A DNA stretch of 64,000 bases from IMG/VR virus record IMGVR_UViG_3300043571_000425; one strand, written 5' to 3'. Position 1 is the first letter of the stretch. Every line of letters starts with the position of its first letter. Origin of the DNA: a virus. The notes under the pieces were generated by a model that saw only the letters and a list, made by a program, of their open reading frames with translations, searched no databases and was not told where the DNA came from. This document shows positions 44,875-53,287 of the stretch, piece by piece. The position numbers and the translations under genes are program-made.

Positions 44875-45224
44875 TGCTAATTTTATTGTTGCTATTACCA
44901 AACGGAATTAAACAAGAATATAGCTTTGAGGCTAATAGCAGCATAAAAATAGGTAGCGATCCTATCTGTGATGTCGTAATTCCTAGCGATATTGTTGATA
45001 AGGTGCATTGCACTTTAATTTTATATTACGACGATGTTTTTTATTATTTATTGTTTGATGGTGAAATCCAGGGAAGCCCGTCTAATAGCGGCACTTGGGT
45101 TAATAATAAGAGAATTTTTCTAAGGCGTAAGGTCAACAATCGGGATGTAGTAACGTTTTCTGAAGATTATATTTATCCCCATTTAATATTATTTCCTGAT
45201 GGGAGGAGTATTGACGGAGTGTAA
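44874..45224 (+). CDS. FHA-domain protein
   Basis: IKIGSDPICDVVIPSDIVDKVHCTLI ... DGEIQGSPSNSGTWVNNKRI fits the FHA pattern (G....D..I....VS..H..I ... D..S.NGT.VN...I). Confidence 0.6.
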   Translation: MLILLLLLPNGIKQEYSFEANSSIKIGSDPICDVVIPSDIVDKVHCTLILYYDDVFYYLLFDGEIQGSPSNSGTWVNNKRIFLRRKVNNRDVVTFSEDYIYPHLILFPDGRSIDGV

Positions 45225-45229
45225 AATCA

Positions 45230-45700
45230 ATGAGAACTAAAACAATAATCTTATTCGCCATTTCTATTCTATCTTTTGCCTTTTTAGTTATTAGTAAAAA
45301 ACTTGGTTTGTCGTGGGTAGAAATATTAGGAATATTTATAGGATTACTTGGGCTTGTTTTGTCGGTGTGGATGGGACTCAAATCTGTTAGTGATGCTGAA
45401 CAAAACTCAATTAGTGATGTAAAAAAAGATTTAATTTCTTTGATCGATAATATTAAACATGACAAGGAAGCGACGGATAGATCCCAAAACAAGGATCTTG
45501 AATTTGTTAAACAGCAAACGTCCTTATTGTCGGGGATAATTCAAGAGCAAAACCGCATTAACGCCGAAATATCCAGTATGGCGCGAGATTTTGAGCAGCT
45601 ATCCGCAGCACTCGCGCAAAACTCAAAGTATACCGAAGTGCTGAAACGTCAATCTAATATTGAGCGGCGGGTTGAGAAGCTGGAAAATGCGAATCATTAG
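45230..45700 (+). CDS. membrane protein (two TM helices) with coiled-coil tail
   Basis: The hydrophobic segments IILFAISILSFAFLVI and ILGIFIGLLGLVLSVWMGL are followed by a polar heptad-like C-terminus. Confidence 0.55.
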   Translation: MRTKTIILFAISILSFAFLVISKKLGLSWVEILGIFIGLLGLVLSVWMGLKSVSDAEQNSISDVKKDLISLIDNIKHDKEATDRSQNKDLEFVKQQTSLLSGIIQEQNRINAEISSMARDFEQLSAALAQNSKYTEVLKRQSNIERRVEKLENANH

Positions 45701-45745
45701 GTGAAACTATTGAAACATCAATAGGATAATTGGTAAATAAATATA

Positions 45746-45775
45746 TTGACAACCTATAAAGTTAGAGGTTATAAG
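45746..45775 (+). promoter_or_regulatory. sigma70-type promoter with embedded palindrome (twin of 48051-48080)
   Basis: TTGACA (45746-45751), an 18-nt spacer, then TATAAG (45770-45775). The spacer holds AACCTATAA-AG-TTAGAGGTT. Confidence 0.55.
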
Positions 45776-45786
45776 TATAAACATAA

Positions 45787-45829
45787 AGAAGGCGATCGTC
45801 TGTCTCGCAAACTAAAACGATCGCCTTCT
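45787..45829 (+). promoter_or_regulatory. 5' leader hairpin (12-bp perfect stem)
   Basis: AGAAGGCGATCG (45787-45798) pairs with CGATCGCCTTCT (45818-45829). A structural twin lies at 48093-48136. Confidence 0.5.
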
Positions 45830-45852
45830 AATCCACATGAGAGAACTCTATT

Positions 45853-46710
45853 ATGGCACAGAAGTCCGGTAGCGGTAGTTTAACTTTGGTTTTAGAACAG
45901 GTTAAACAAGAAATTCAAGTTGATTCCGAGGGTAAAGGTAAAGCATCAATTCGGGCGGTTGCAAGATTGGTTGATGTTAGTGATATGGCTATTTCCAAGG
46001 CATTAAGCACTGCAAACCTAGAGCCATCCAAAATGTCCCAATCCCTTATAGAGCAAGGTTTTGATAGTGCAAACCAAGCCACCTGGAAAACCAACGGGAT
46101 ACCAGATATTGCGATCGCCTCCATAGCCCATTATTACGCTTACGAAGCTGGTAGATATTGCACAAGTCAAGCTAAGTTAGTTTGTAAGGCATTTACCGCA
46201 ATTGGTATTAGAGCGTGGATGCAACAAGTCGCCGGATGGTCTACCCCAAATTCGCACGCCCCAAAAACTCCTTCCTTGTCACCCAGCCCTCAAGATATCG
46301 CCCAGTTGTACGACTTGATACTCGGCAATACCAATTTAGACCCCAAACTAATCGCAGGGGTCAAATTAAACGCGATTGCTACCCTACATCCTCAACTAGC
46401 ATCTGCGGCGGAAATGATTAAGCCAGTGTTACAGATTCCGGTGGATGATCAACTAATATCTCCTACCCAAATAGCTGAAGCCCTCACACGCCGCACGCAA
46501 AAAACCTGGACCGCTAGGGAAGTTAACAAGCTGTTGATCAAAGAAGGCTTTCAACAGCCACACCCAGAAGGTAGCAGCAGCCCCGCGTATCTCCCAACCC
46601 AGAAAGGGGAAAGGTTTTCAAAAATCATCCTTAACACAGCGAAAAACACCAATAAAACTATCCAGACTTTGCGGTGGCTTCCTGCGATTCTAAAGGAATT
46701 GGGAGTGTAA
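45853..46710 (+). CDS. putative DNA-binding / antirepressor-like protein
   Basis: SIRAVARLVDVSDMAISKAL is HTH-like. 285 aa. The function is uncertain. Confidence 0.55.
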   Translation: MAQKSGSGSLTLVLEQVKQEIQVDSEGKGKASIRAVARLVDVSDMAISKALSTANLEPSKMSQSLIEQGFDSANQATWKTNGIPDIAIASIAHYYAYEAGRYCTSQAKLVCKAFTAIGIRAWMQQVAGWSTPNSHAPKTPSLSPSPQDIAQLYDLILGNTNLDPKLIAGVKLNAIATLHPQLASAAEMIKPVLQIPVDDQLISPTQIAEALTRRTQKTWTAREVNKLLIKEGFQQPHPEGSSSPAYLPTQKGERFSKIILNTAKNTNKTIQTLRWLPAILKELGV

Positions 46711-46713
46711 GTT

Positions 46714-47196
46714 ATGAGAATACCAGAAGGTTGGACACAGCCCAAATACGGGTTAGGCGAACGGACAAAGCAGGGTATGATCATCGGCATTGATTACTAT
46801 CCAAAATACACAAGGGCGGCTCATGAGTACGGTAATATATGGCGTTACTTGGTGACTAGAAGCCCTTTTGATAACCCTGATGACCTCATTTATTATGAAG
46901 AGTCAGAAGTTGAGCCGCTTCCACAGGATCAATTACGCGCTCAAATCCAGGATGAGATTGATTTTCACACCAAGCGTTTAGAATTTCTCAAAAAGGAATT
47001 GCTGTTTTCTGGGTGCAACGTTTCAATGATTGGTAGTGATGTACTCGTATCCTGTGAATCCGATGATATTCTCTTTGAATTAGTCAAGAAGCAGCATAAA
47101 ATGATCTGTAAATTGACGACAGGACGGCATATTAACCGGATCATTCTGATCTCCAAAAAAGGTGAACGTACTACCTTCTACCCCAAAAATAAATAG
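46714..47196 (+). CDS. hypothetical protein sharing a C-terminal domain with 27131-27745
   Basis: See 27131-27745. Confidence 0.55.
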   Translation: MRIPEGWTQPKYGLGERTKQGMIIGIDYYPKYTRAAHEYGNIWRYLVTRSPFDNPDDLIYYEESEVEPLPQDQLRAQIQDEIDFHTKRLEFLKKELLFSGCNVSMIGSDVLVSCESDDILFELVKKQHKMICKLTTGRHINRIILISKKGERTTFYPKNK

Positions 47197-47233
47197 GTAA
47201 AAGTCACAATTCGCTTTATCACTAAGTAAAGGT

Positions 47234-47261
47234 ATCCTCATGTATAACATGAGGATTTTTT
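47234..47261 (+). terminator. rho-independent terminator
   Basis: ATCCTCATG-TATAA-CATGAGGAT (a 9-bp perfect stem) is followed by a T6 run that reaches the ATG at 47262. Confidence 0.65.
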
Positions 47262-47696
47262 ATGCTGAAAAATATCGTTTTAACTGGTGTTTTGTCGTTG
47301 TCTACCGCGTTACCTGTGTTAGCAAAACCTTATCCTGTGTATCCAACAGAATCAGAATTTTTGCGGTATGAATATGGATTAGCCAGCTTTTTCAATAACT
47401 CCAGCACAGCACAACACAACAGCATATATATACGGAAAAGTGACCGCCAGAGAAGATTTGATGGGCAGATAGTCTGTGGTATGTTGACGGACTATTCGGT
47501 GGGGAAATACTTGTCTATCAGGATTCAGACGATAAAAATAGTTGACAGAAGCGATCCTAAAAAAATGACTGACGAGCTTGCCTATTTATTCGGCGTTACT
47601 GCGTCAGCTATTGACAATATGTGTAGCGAAAATCGAGCGGAATTTATGGACTTTGTGGATGAACTAAAGAGAAAAGGGTTTTCAGTATTTCAATAG
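47262..47696 (+). CDS. secreted protein (signal peptide)
   Basis: MLKNIVLTGVLSLSTALPVLAKP has an n-h-c signal-peptide layout. The gene stands alone after a strong terminator, which is moron-like. Confidence 0.6.
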   Translation: MLKNIVLTGVLSLSTALPVLAKPYPVYPTESEFLRYEYGLASFFNNSSTAQHNSIYIRKSDRQRRFDGQIVCGMLTDYSVGKYLSIRIQTIKIVDRSDPKKMTDELAYLFGVTASAIDNMCSENRAEFMDFVDELKRKGFSVFQ

Positions 47697-47760
47697 ATTA
47701 TTGAATTTTTCGATAATTAGGATCACATAACCATTAGCTCGGTGTTTGCGGCGAACCGAG

Positions 47761-48000
47761 TTAATGATTGTCGAAACTTACGCCAAAATCAACGCCTAAT
47801 ACTTTTTCAATTTTATGTAGCGTCTCTTCTGGGATATTCTGCTGCTCTTTTTCGATCCGATACCAATTCATAGGAGAAAACCCTATTTCTCTGCAAAGCT
47901 CAAGTAGCGGCTTTGGGCTAGATTTTCTGGCGGCTTTTATCCTTTCCCCTAGTCCGGGGACATCAATAGACATCTGTTTTGTAACTTTCATTGTTGGCAT
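47761..48000 (-). CDS. XRE-family HTH regulator
   Basis: LGERIKAARKSSPKPLLELCREIGFSPMNWYRIEKEQQNIP is an HTH_3 pattern. The gene is divergent from the 48051 promoter. Confidence 0.75.
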   Translation of the reverse strand: MPTMKVTKQMSIDVPGLGERIKAARKSSPKPLLELCREIGFSPMNWYRIEKEQQNIPEETLHKIEKVLGVDFGVSFDNH

Positions 48001-48050
48001 GGCGGTGATCTCAGTTATTTATAAATTTACCATAACTTATAAATTGGTAC

Positions 48051-48080
48051 TTGACAACCTATAAAGTTATGGGTTATAGT
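48051..48080 (+). promoter_or_regulatory. sigma70-type promoter with embedded palindrome (twin of 45746-45775)
   Basis: TTGACA (48051-48056), an 18-nt spacer, then TATAGT (48075-48080). The spacer holds AACCTATAA-AG-TTATGGGTT. A minus-strand TTGTCA-17-TATGGT overlaps the -35. Confidence 0.55.
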
Positions 48081-48092
48081 GGTAGACATAAA

Positions 48093-48136
48093 GAAGGCAG
48101 TTGCTCAACTCCTGAGAAAAGTAAACAACTGCCTCC
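48093..48136 (+). promoter_or_regulatory. 5' leader hairpin (10 of 11 bp)
   Basis: GAAGGCAGTTG (48093-48103) pairs with CAACTGCCTCC (48126-48136). It has the same position and shape as 45787-45829, but a different stem sequence. Confidence 0.5.
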
Positions 48137-48165
48137 TGTCAACCCAATAAAAGGTTTAACCAACT

Positions 48166-49038
48166 ATGTCACACCCAATTTACAGCCGTCAACAACTCGG
48201 TGGCAAAAAACTTTCAAAAGTAAAACAAATTGCTGCTGAATTAGGAGTCGTTCCATCTGGCAACAAAACTTTCTTGGTTAGTTGGATTGATGCAATTGTT
48301 GAGCATCAAGCCGCACAAGTCCAGAAGATTCAAGCCGTAGAAGCAACCATTGATTTTGAGAGTGAAAGTTTTGAGGGTTCTACCCAGCCTTACATGGTTT
48401 TGGTTGGCGGCGAGATTGTCCACCGTGCTGCAACCTACCAACAAGCAGAAAGATATTGTAAATGGCACTCACTCACTCTCGTTGATAGCCAAACCTTAGC
48501 CCAAAGTGAACTTGAAACGGAGATGGAAGTTCAAAGCATTGCTGCAACAGAAGCTGAAAATATTCAATTTGCCGATATTGACTTCGGACACCATGAAGCC
48601 GTCATTTATGGTGAGGTAGTCGCTACAATAAGCACGATTTTTGATCGTGATACTGATAATATGAGTTGGCGTGCTGAGGGTAGCATTGAGCCTCGCAGTT
48701 TTGACTGCTATGAAGAGGCGGAAACCTATGTAAAATCAGAATACATGAATAAAATCATTAAATTGCATAGGGGGTCGGGTCGCATTGGCGATGATGAGCG
48801 CGGCAGTGGTCGCATAACTCCCCCTATCGGAGACATGGGTATGAGCATCGAAGACACCCATTTTCAGGACGAAATCGGACAGCAATACTCAGTTAGGATT
48901 CATGGGATTCTCGCAGGAACTATCTGGCTATCCGACGACGACGGCTGGACAATGGATGGTTTGTATTTTCAAGATGACTGGCGACCTGTAGCCAGAGAAC
49001 TAGCGATGCTGACACGCCGTGACTTGGTAGCAGCTTAG
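48166..49038 (+). CDS. hypothetical protein with SAP/Rho-N-like N-terminal motif
   Basis: LGGKKLSKVKQIAAELGVVPSGNKT..V.WIDAIVEH resembles Rho_N/SAP helix-extended-helix modules. Confidence 0.55.
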   Translation: MSHPIYSRQQLGGKKLSKVKQIAAELGVVPSGNKTFLVSWIDAIVEHQAAQVQKIQAVEATIDFESESFEGSTQPYMVLVGGEIVHRAATYQQAERYCKWHSLTLVDSQTLAQSELETEMEVQSIAATEAENIQFADIDFGHHEAVIYGEVVATISTIFDRDTDNMSWRAEGSIEPRSFDCYEEAETYVKSEYMNKIIKLHRGSGRIGDDERGSGRITPPIGDMGMSIEDTHFQDEIGQQYSVRIHGILAGTIWLSDDDGWTMDGLYFQDDWRPVARELAMLTRRDLVAA

Positions 49039-49104
49039 TTAATCGGCTGGGTGCGATGCCGTACAAATCCGCACAGACAAAACAACGATGAGCAGGATAA
49101 AACA

Positions 49105-50019
49105 ATGACAAACGCAGTATTAGCACCAGATTTTGAAGATCAACAGTTTTCCGCGCCAGTCTCTGAGCGTCCGCCAATTGCTCTAATAATTAATCCCAGG
49201 TTTGGAAGAACTGGTATTCTTCCTTACGGATTTGCGATAACTAAAAAAGATGCAGAATCATGTTCCTTTGATCTCCCTGAAAATTGGGAGATAGTAGAAC
49301 ATGAGTGGCCTAGTGGCGACAAAGAAATTGTTCTAATGACTTTAAAGCCAAGACTATTAATCCTCTCTAGCACCCCTGTTTACTTGAAAAGCAGGAACGA
49401 AGGATTCTTGTCTGGGAAGATGAGAGAAAAAAACGAACTCATCGGCGAGATGAGAAAATTCAGTGATTTTTGGAAGAATAAAAATCTCTACAAAACAGCA
49501 AGTTGGAGTTATTGCTACGTCTTAGGACAAGACAATAAACCCTGTCACACTGCGCCAATCAGGATATCCCTTGGTGGGGCAAGCGGGGCTTCGTTTAACG
49601 CTTCATGGTTGCAACATCAAACTAAAGAGACAAATCGAGGTGGTTTTTGCTGTGACATGGAGAAAGCTTACGCTCAAAGCAGGAAACAGCCATATAAACC
49701 GATGGGGGACTTGTTTCATGCTCATTGCATTTATGAACCCACAATAACAGATGCCGTGCGGGGCATAGCTCCTAACACAGCAAATGTAGCTGTTGTTGAG
49801 AGCTATAAACCAGCTACCATGTCTTCTCTTGTGACAAACGGCAGTGAGTTGAGTGAGCAAATAAAACTCAGCAGAGAGTTAGTCAAGGATTGGAGACCGT
49901 CACTAAAAGAAACTGCTACCGAAGATGAAGGCAAACCCAATCCGAATGAGTTTAATGCGGCTGCTCAATCGGCAGGACAAAACCCAGAAGATGACGAATT
50001 TGGCTATCCTCCATACTAA
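49105..50019 (+). CDS. hypothetical protein
   Basis: ORF track 49051-50019. The ATG at 49105 (MTNAVLAPDF) is preferred, because 49051 lies only 13 nt after the upstream stop and the intervening N-terminal stretch looks low-complexity. Confidence 0.55.
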   Translation: MTNAVLAPDFEDQQFSAPVSERPPIALIINPRFGRTGILPYGFAITKKDAESCSFDLPENWEIVEHEWPSGDKEIVLMTLKPRLLILSSTPVYLKSRNEGFLSGKMREKNELIGEMRKFSDFWKNKNLYKTASWSYCYVLGQDNKPCHTAPIRISLGGASGASFNASWLQHQTKETNRGGFCCDMEKAYAQSRKQPYKPMGDLFHAHCIYEPTITDAVRGIAPNTANVAVVESYKPATMSSLVTNGSELSEQIKLSRELVKDWRPSLKETATEDEGKPNPNEFNAAAQSAGQNPEDDEFGYPPY

Positions 50020-50028
50020 TTAATCCTG

Positions 50029-50050
50029 TAGGGTGCATCGTTGCACCCTA
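50029..50050. terminator. perfect 9-bp hairpin without U-tract
   Basis: TAGGGTGCA-TCGT-TGCACCCTA, directly after the stop of 49105-50019. Confidence 0.3.
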
Positions 50051-50112
50051 AAATGAAATTGTTTGTAGAAAGCCTGGAAAATGAAAACAAGGAAGAGTAG
50101 CGAGGAAAAGAA

Positions 50113-50316
50113 ATGACTGTAAAAGAGTTTAAAGAATATTTGGATAAATTCTTAACGGAAAATCCAGAATTAGAAAATCAGGAATTTGTAATTTACGATG
50201 AGTCTAATATGACTCATCACACGATAGAAACAATCAGAGACGACGGGTATCATGATGTTGTTTCTGTAGTGATTTATACGCTAACCCGCCAAACCCCTGA
50301 TTTTTTTCTTCCCTAA
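50113..50316 (+). CDS. hypothetical small protein
   Basis: ORF track. Its 3' end overlaps the convergent terL 3' end. Confidence 0.45.
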   Translation: MTVKEFKEYLDKFLTENPELENQEFVIYDESNMTHHTIETIRDDGYHDVVSVVIYTLTRQTPDFFLP

Positions 50317-51780
50317 CTTCCGTTCTCGCGTCTCTTTCTTGAACGGATAGATTGAATGAATTAGATAACCCGCTGCGTCGCTTAAATGTGATAGCAGCGG
50401 GTTATCGCTTTTATTGATGCCCTCATCGCTCCATGTCACCTGTTCCAAATCCTTGATAAAGTTTTGGCAGTTAGCAAAGTGAATATAGCAACGGTTTTGG
50501 CGGAAAAGTTGATTAACTGAGTGAACCCGATTCACAACAAACGGGTTAGCGTCGGCAAACTTGCGAACCAAATAACCTTTACCTCCCAGTGCTGCTAGTG
50601 GCTCTAATCCCTGAAAAACGATATCCCACGATGACAACCGACTAGCCGCAGTTCGAGCGCGTCCGGTGGCATCTCCAAATATCTGGATTTCTGGGGGTAT
50701 GCCGTATTTCTCTACCCAGTCCACAATACTTTCTGTGAGTTCCCAAATGTCGGAGTCCATGATTGACCATTCCCGGCAAAAATGAACCTCATTGCCCCGT
50801 TGTTGAGCCGCTAGACAAACTATAGGCGTGTGGTTAAAGTCAAAGGTTAGGAGTAGTGGTAAATTTGGGTCATATTCCAAAAGTTCGGCATCTTCACCTT
50901 GCAAGGCATGAGTTTGACGGTCAAAGTATTTGTAAATTAATCCGATTGAAGTATTAACAAACTTACCTTCAATTTCTTGCTGGTAAAGTTCATCACTATA
51001 ATTACCTTTTAATGACTCTACATAGTCATCGCTTAAATGGATATTATCTATTGTGGAAATATTTGTCATTTGGTGATTTTGAATCAGCTTCTCACTTCTT
51101 TTTGGATCACCAAATTTTGCATATAAATAGTTATATCCTGCGGGGGATGTCGTCAATAATCCATGCCCTTTCTCTTTATTCTTTTCTCTACCTAACCGCC
51201 CATCAATTGTTAAAAAAGCCTGTTCCGGTGCGTAGGCAAACTCATCACCCCAAAACCAATCAATTTGCAACCCACGTCCGCTTTGCACTTTACCAGAAAA
51301 GTTATTTGCTGAAATTACATAAGCGAAAGCCTTTTCATGTCCAATATAGCAATGTTGCGCCCGTGCGATCGCTATGGCATTATCTTCTATGGTTTCACGC
51401 CAAGGCACAAGCGGGATATTGAAAGTACGACATACTTCAACAAATGTCACAAGGGTGGCTCTCGCCAATTGTCCATAATCATTTGCGCTGATCATGCCTC
51501 TGGATTTGGGGCTGGAGATTGCACGGTCACAAACCCACACACCGCCCATAAAGGTTTTCCCGCTTCCTATGCCACCCAGCAAAAGAGTCCATCTGTGTTC
51601 AGGCAATTCATTTGTATTCCACCGGACTAAATTAATAAACTCAGTTTGTCCGCCGGGGTTAGGAGAGAATGACTCATACAGCGTTATCGGGTTTATTGTT
51701 GGCGTTACCCTCGCTCTGGTATTTTGCTGTGTCTTAATCTTATTTTTAGGATTTAATCTGGCAGGGGATGGAAAAATCAT
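50281..51780 (-). CDS. terL: terminase large subunit
   Basis: 499 aa. Walker A is LLGGIGSGKTF, Walker B-like is WFWGDEFA, and the C-terminal nuclease-like region has FDFNH...GD.TG...D. Confidence 0.85.
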   Translation of the reverse strand: MIFPSPARLNPKNKIKTQQNTRARVTPTINPITLYESFSPNPGGQTEFINLVRWNTNELPEHRWTLLLGGIGSGKTFMGGVWVCDRAISSPKSRGMISANDYGQLARATLVTFVEVCRTFNIPLVPWRETIEDNAIAIARAQHCYIGHEKAFAYVISANNFSGKVQSGRGLQIDWFWGDEFAYAPEQAFLTIDGRLGREKNKEKGHGLLTTSPAGYNYLYAKFGDPKRSEKLIQNHQMTNISTIDNIHLSDDYVESLKGNYSDELYQQEIEGKFVNTSIGLIYKYFDRQTHALQGEDAELLEYDPNLPLLLTFDFNHTPIVCLAAQQRGNEVHFCREWSIMDSDIWELTESIVDWVEKYGIPPEIQIFGDATGRARTAASRLSSWDIVFQGLEPLAALGGKGYLVRKFADANPFVVNRVHSVNQLFRQNRCYIHFANCQNFIKDLEQVTWSDEGINKSDNPLLSHLSDAAGYLIHSIYPFKKETRERKLGKKKIRGLAG

Positions 51781-51797
51781 AATAAATTATCTTAAAT

Positions 51798-52130
51798 ATG
51801 CCTAATTATAAAGCCCGTTATGGCAACCTGAAAAAGCACAAGAAGAAATGCAGAAAAGCACACCTTAGAACTCATGGACTTTGTACGGTGTGCTTGGTTA
51901 ATAAGTCGGAACAGGTGCATCATTCCAGTTATCGGAAGTCGGGGGACAGGTACGGCATTAACATTTTCCCCTCGTGTTTTCACTGTCATAAATATATCTG
52001 CCATAGTCCTAAAAATTGGATTGTTCACCCCACAGATCCGGAATGGAAGAATCACAACACCCCGGCATTTACTAAGATGCTACAGGCGAATTATAGGAAG
52101 ATTCAGAAGTTTTATAATCAAAAACCCTAG
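51798..52130 (+). CDS. HNH endonuclease
   Basis: CTVCL....QVHHSSY......GINIFPSCFHCH is an HNH/zinc layout. The position adjacent to terL is typical of packaging-associated HNH proteins. Confidence 0.7.
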   Translation: MPNYKARYGNLKKHKKKCRKAHLRTHGLCTVCLVNKSEQVHHSSYRKSGDRYGINIFPSCFHCHKYICHSPKNWIVHPTDPEWKNHNTPAFTKMLQANYRKIQKFYNQKP

Positions 52131-52271
52131 CCTGTTTTTGATATTGTAAGTAGCTGCCAATCACTTTCAAAATAACTGATTTTTGTCGGATATTTTGCTA
52201 TATAATATTAATATTCCCCTGCGGTACTGCTAATACCCAGGGATTGAGTCAACCTGATTGGAGATCGACTA

Positions 52272-53087
52272 ATGACTAATATATCAAATGATGCACAGAA
52301 TATCATCAAGTTTCATCAAGAACTTAAATCATCTTTTGAGGAAACAAATATAGAAGGCGTGAAAGCCAAGTTTTCAATGGCGATGACAGCCCAACACGCC
52401 TTTTTTGCTGAGTTAAGAGAAGATTTAATTCCTGTTCTGTCTAATATATGTGAAGACGAGTGCTTAATCATTGATCTATGGGTGAAAGATGCCCTGGTGT
52501 TTGATGGAGACTACCGTAAATCAAAATTATCTTCTGTTGTGGAGAAAGATAATGTTAATCAATGTCTTAGTAATGCGTTAATTAACATAAAGGGAATGTA
52601 TGCTAATTTGATTCCCGTACTGTTTATTTTTAGGGAGTCTTTTGGGCAGTCGGATTACCTATCTTTTGGTTTTGACTTAATTGAAAAGCCCTTCACATGG
52701 GGCAAGGAAGATAAAAAATCGCCGTCACCTAAAATAGTCAAGCCCAAAGAAAAAGACCTGGAAAAAGAATTATTAGATTGGCTTTTTTCTTATGGGATTC
52801 AAGCCGATAGCCAAGTTAAAACTTCAAAACATCGAACCGATATTTGGATACCGTCAAAATGTTTTCTTGAACTGAAGCGAGACAAGGTAACTGGCGATGA
52901 TGTTTGTCAGGCAATTGATTATTGTGTAGAGTACAAAATGCCTATCATAATAGTCGGAAACAATATCACAGAAATGGCTTGTCGTGGGATAACAGCATTT
53001 AATAAAGCCGTTGACGCTGACTTGATTTGTTTTGTTCAGTGGAGTGCTATCAAGGTATATCTCAAAGGAATGTTTGGGCTAAGATAG
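52272..53087 (+). CDS. protein with C-terminal PD-(D/E)xK nuclease-like domain
   Basis: HRTDIWIPSKCFLELKRDK...QAIDY parallels GKVDLYIPCVNAVIECKKHK...QQLDY in 13338-13760. Confidence 0.5.
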   Translation: MTNISNDAQNIIKFHQELKSSFEETNIEGVKAKFSMAMTAQHAFFAELREDLIPVLSNICEDECLIIDLWVKDALVFDGDYRKSKLSSVVEKDNVNQCLSNALINIKGMYANLIPVLFIFRESFGQSDYLSFGFDLIEKPFTWGKEDKKSPSPKIVKPKEKDLEKELLDWLFSYGIQADSQVKTSKHRTDIWIPSKCFLELKRDKVTGDDVCQAIDYCVEYKMPIIIVGNNITEMACRGITAFNKAVDADLICFVQWSAIKVYLKGMFGLR

Positions 53088-53094
53088 ATAAAAC

Positions 53095-53142
53095 AATCCC
53101 CTGTTGGACTCGGTGCTGATAACACCATCCGGTGAGGGGATT
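53095..53142. terminator. long imperfect stem-loop between convergent units
   Basis: The outer stem is AATCCCCT(53095-53102)/AGGGGATT(53135-53142). The inner stems are GGA/TCC and GGTG/CACC. The minus-strand flank is T-rich. Confidence 0.35.
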
Positions 53143-53213
53143 ACATGATAATTGTAACACAATTTATAGGTATTTCAAACAGTTGTACTATGGTTTCGAT
53201 AAGCAACGTTAAA

Positions 53214-53284
53214 GCGAGTAGGTAGGATTTGAACCTCCGATCATGGGTTGGACACCCACAGCTTTACCACTCAGCTATACTCGC
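53214..53284 (-). tRNA. tRNA-like gene, anticodon UCC (Gly) if read canonically
   Basis: The acceptor is GCGAGTA/TACTCGC, the D-arm has AGTGGTA, the anticodon arm is GTGGG-TGTCCAA-CCCAT and the T-arm is GGAGG-TTCAAAT-CCTAC. Oddities are G at position 33 and one extra C between the T-stem and the acceptor. Confidence 0.55.
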
Positions 53285-53287
53285 AAT

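Noticed and set aside
48051-48239. 62-aa plus-strand ORF
   Set aside because: It begins at the -35 box and spans the leader hairpin, and it overlaps the start of 48166-49038 in another frame.
51012-51805. Three plus-strand ORFs (136, 97 and 103 aa)
   Set aside because: All are antisense within the terminase large subunit gene.
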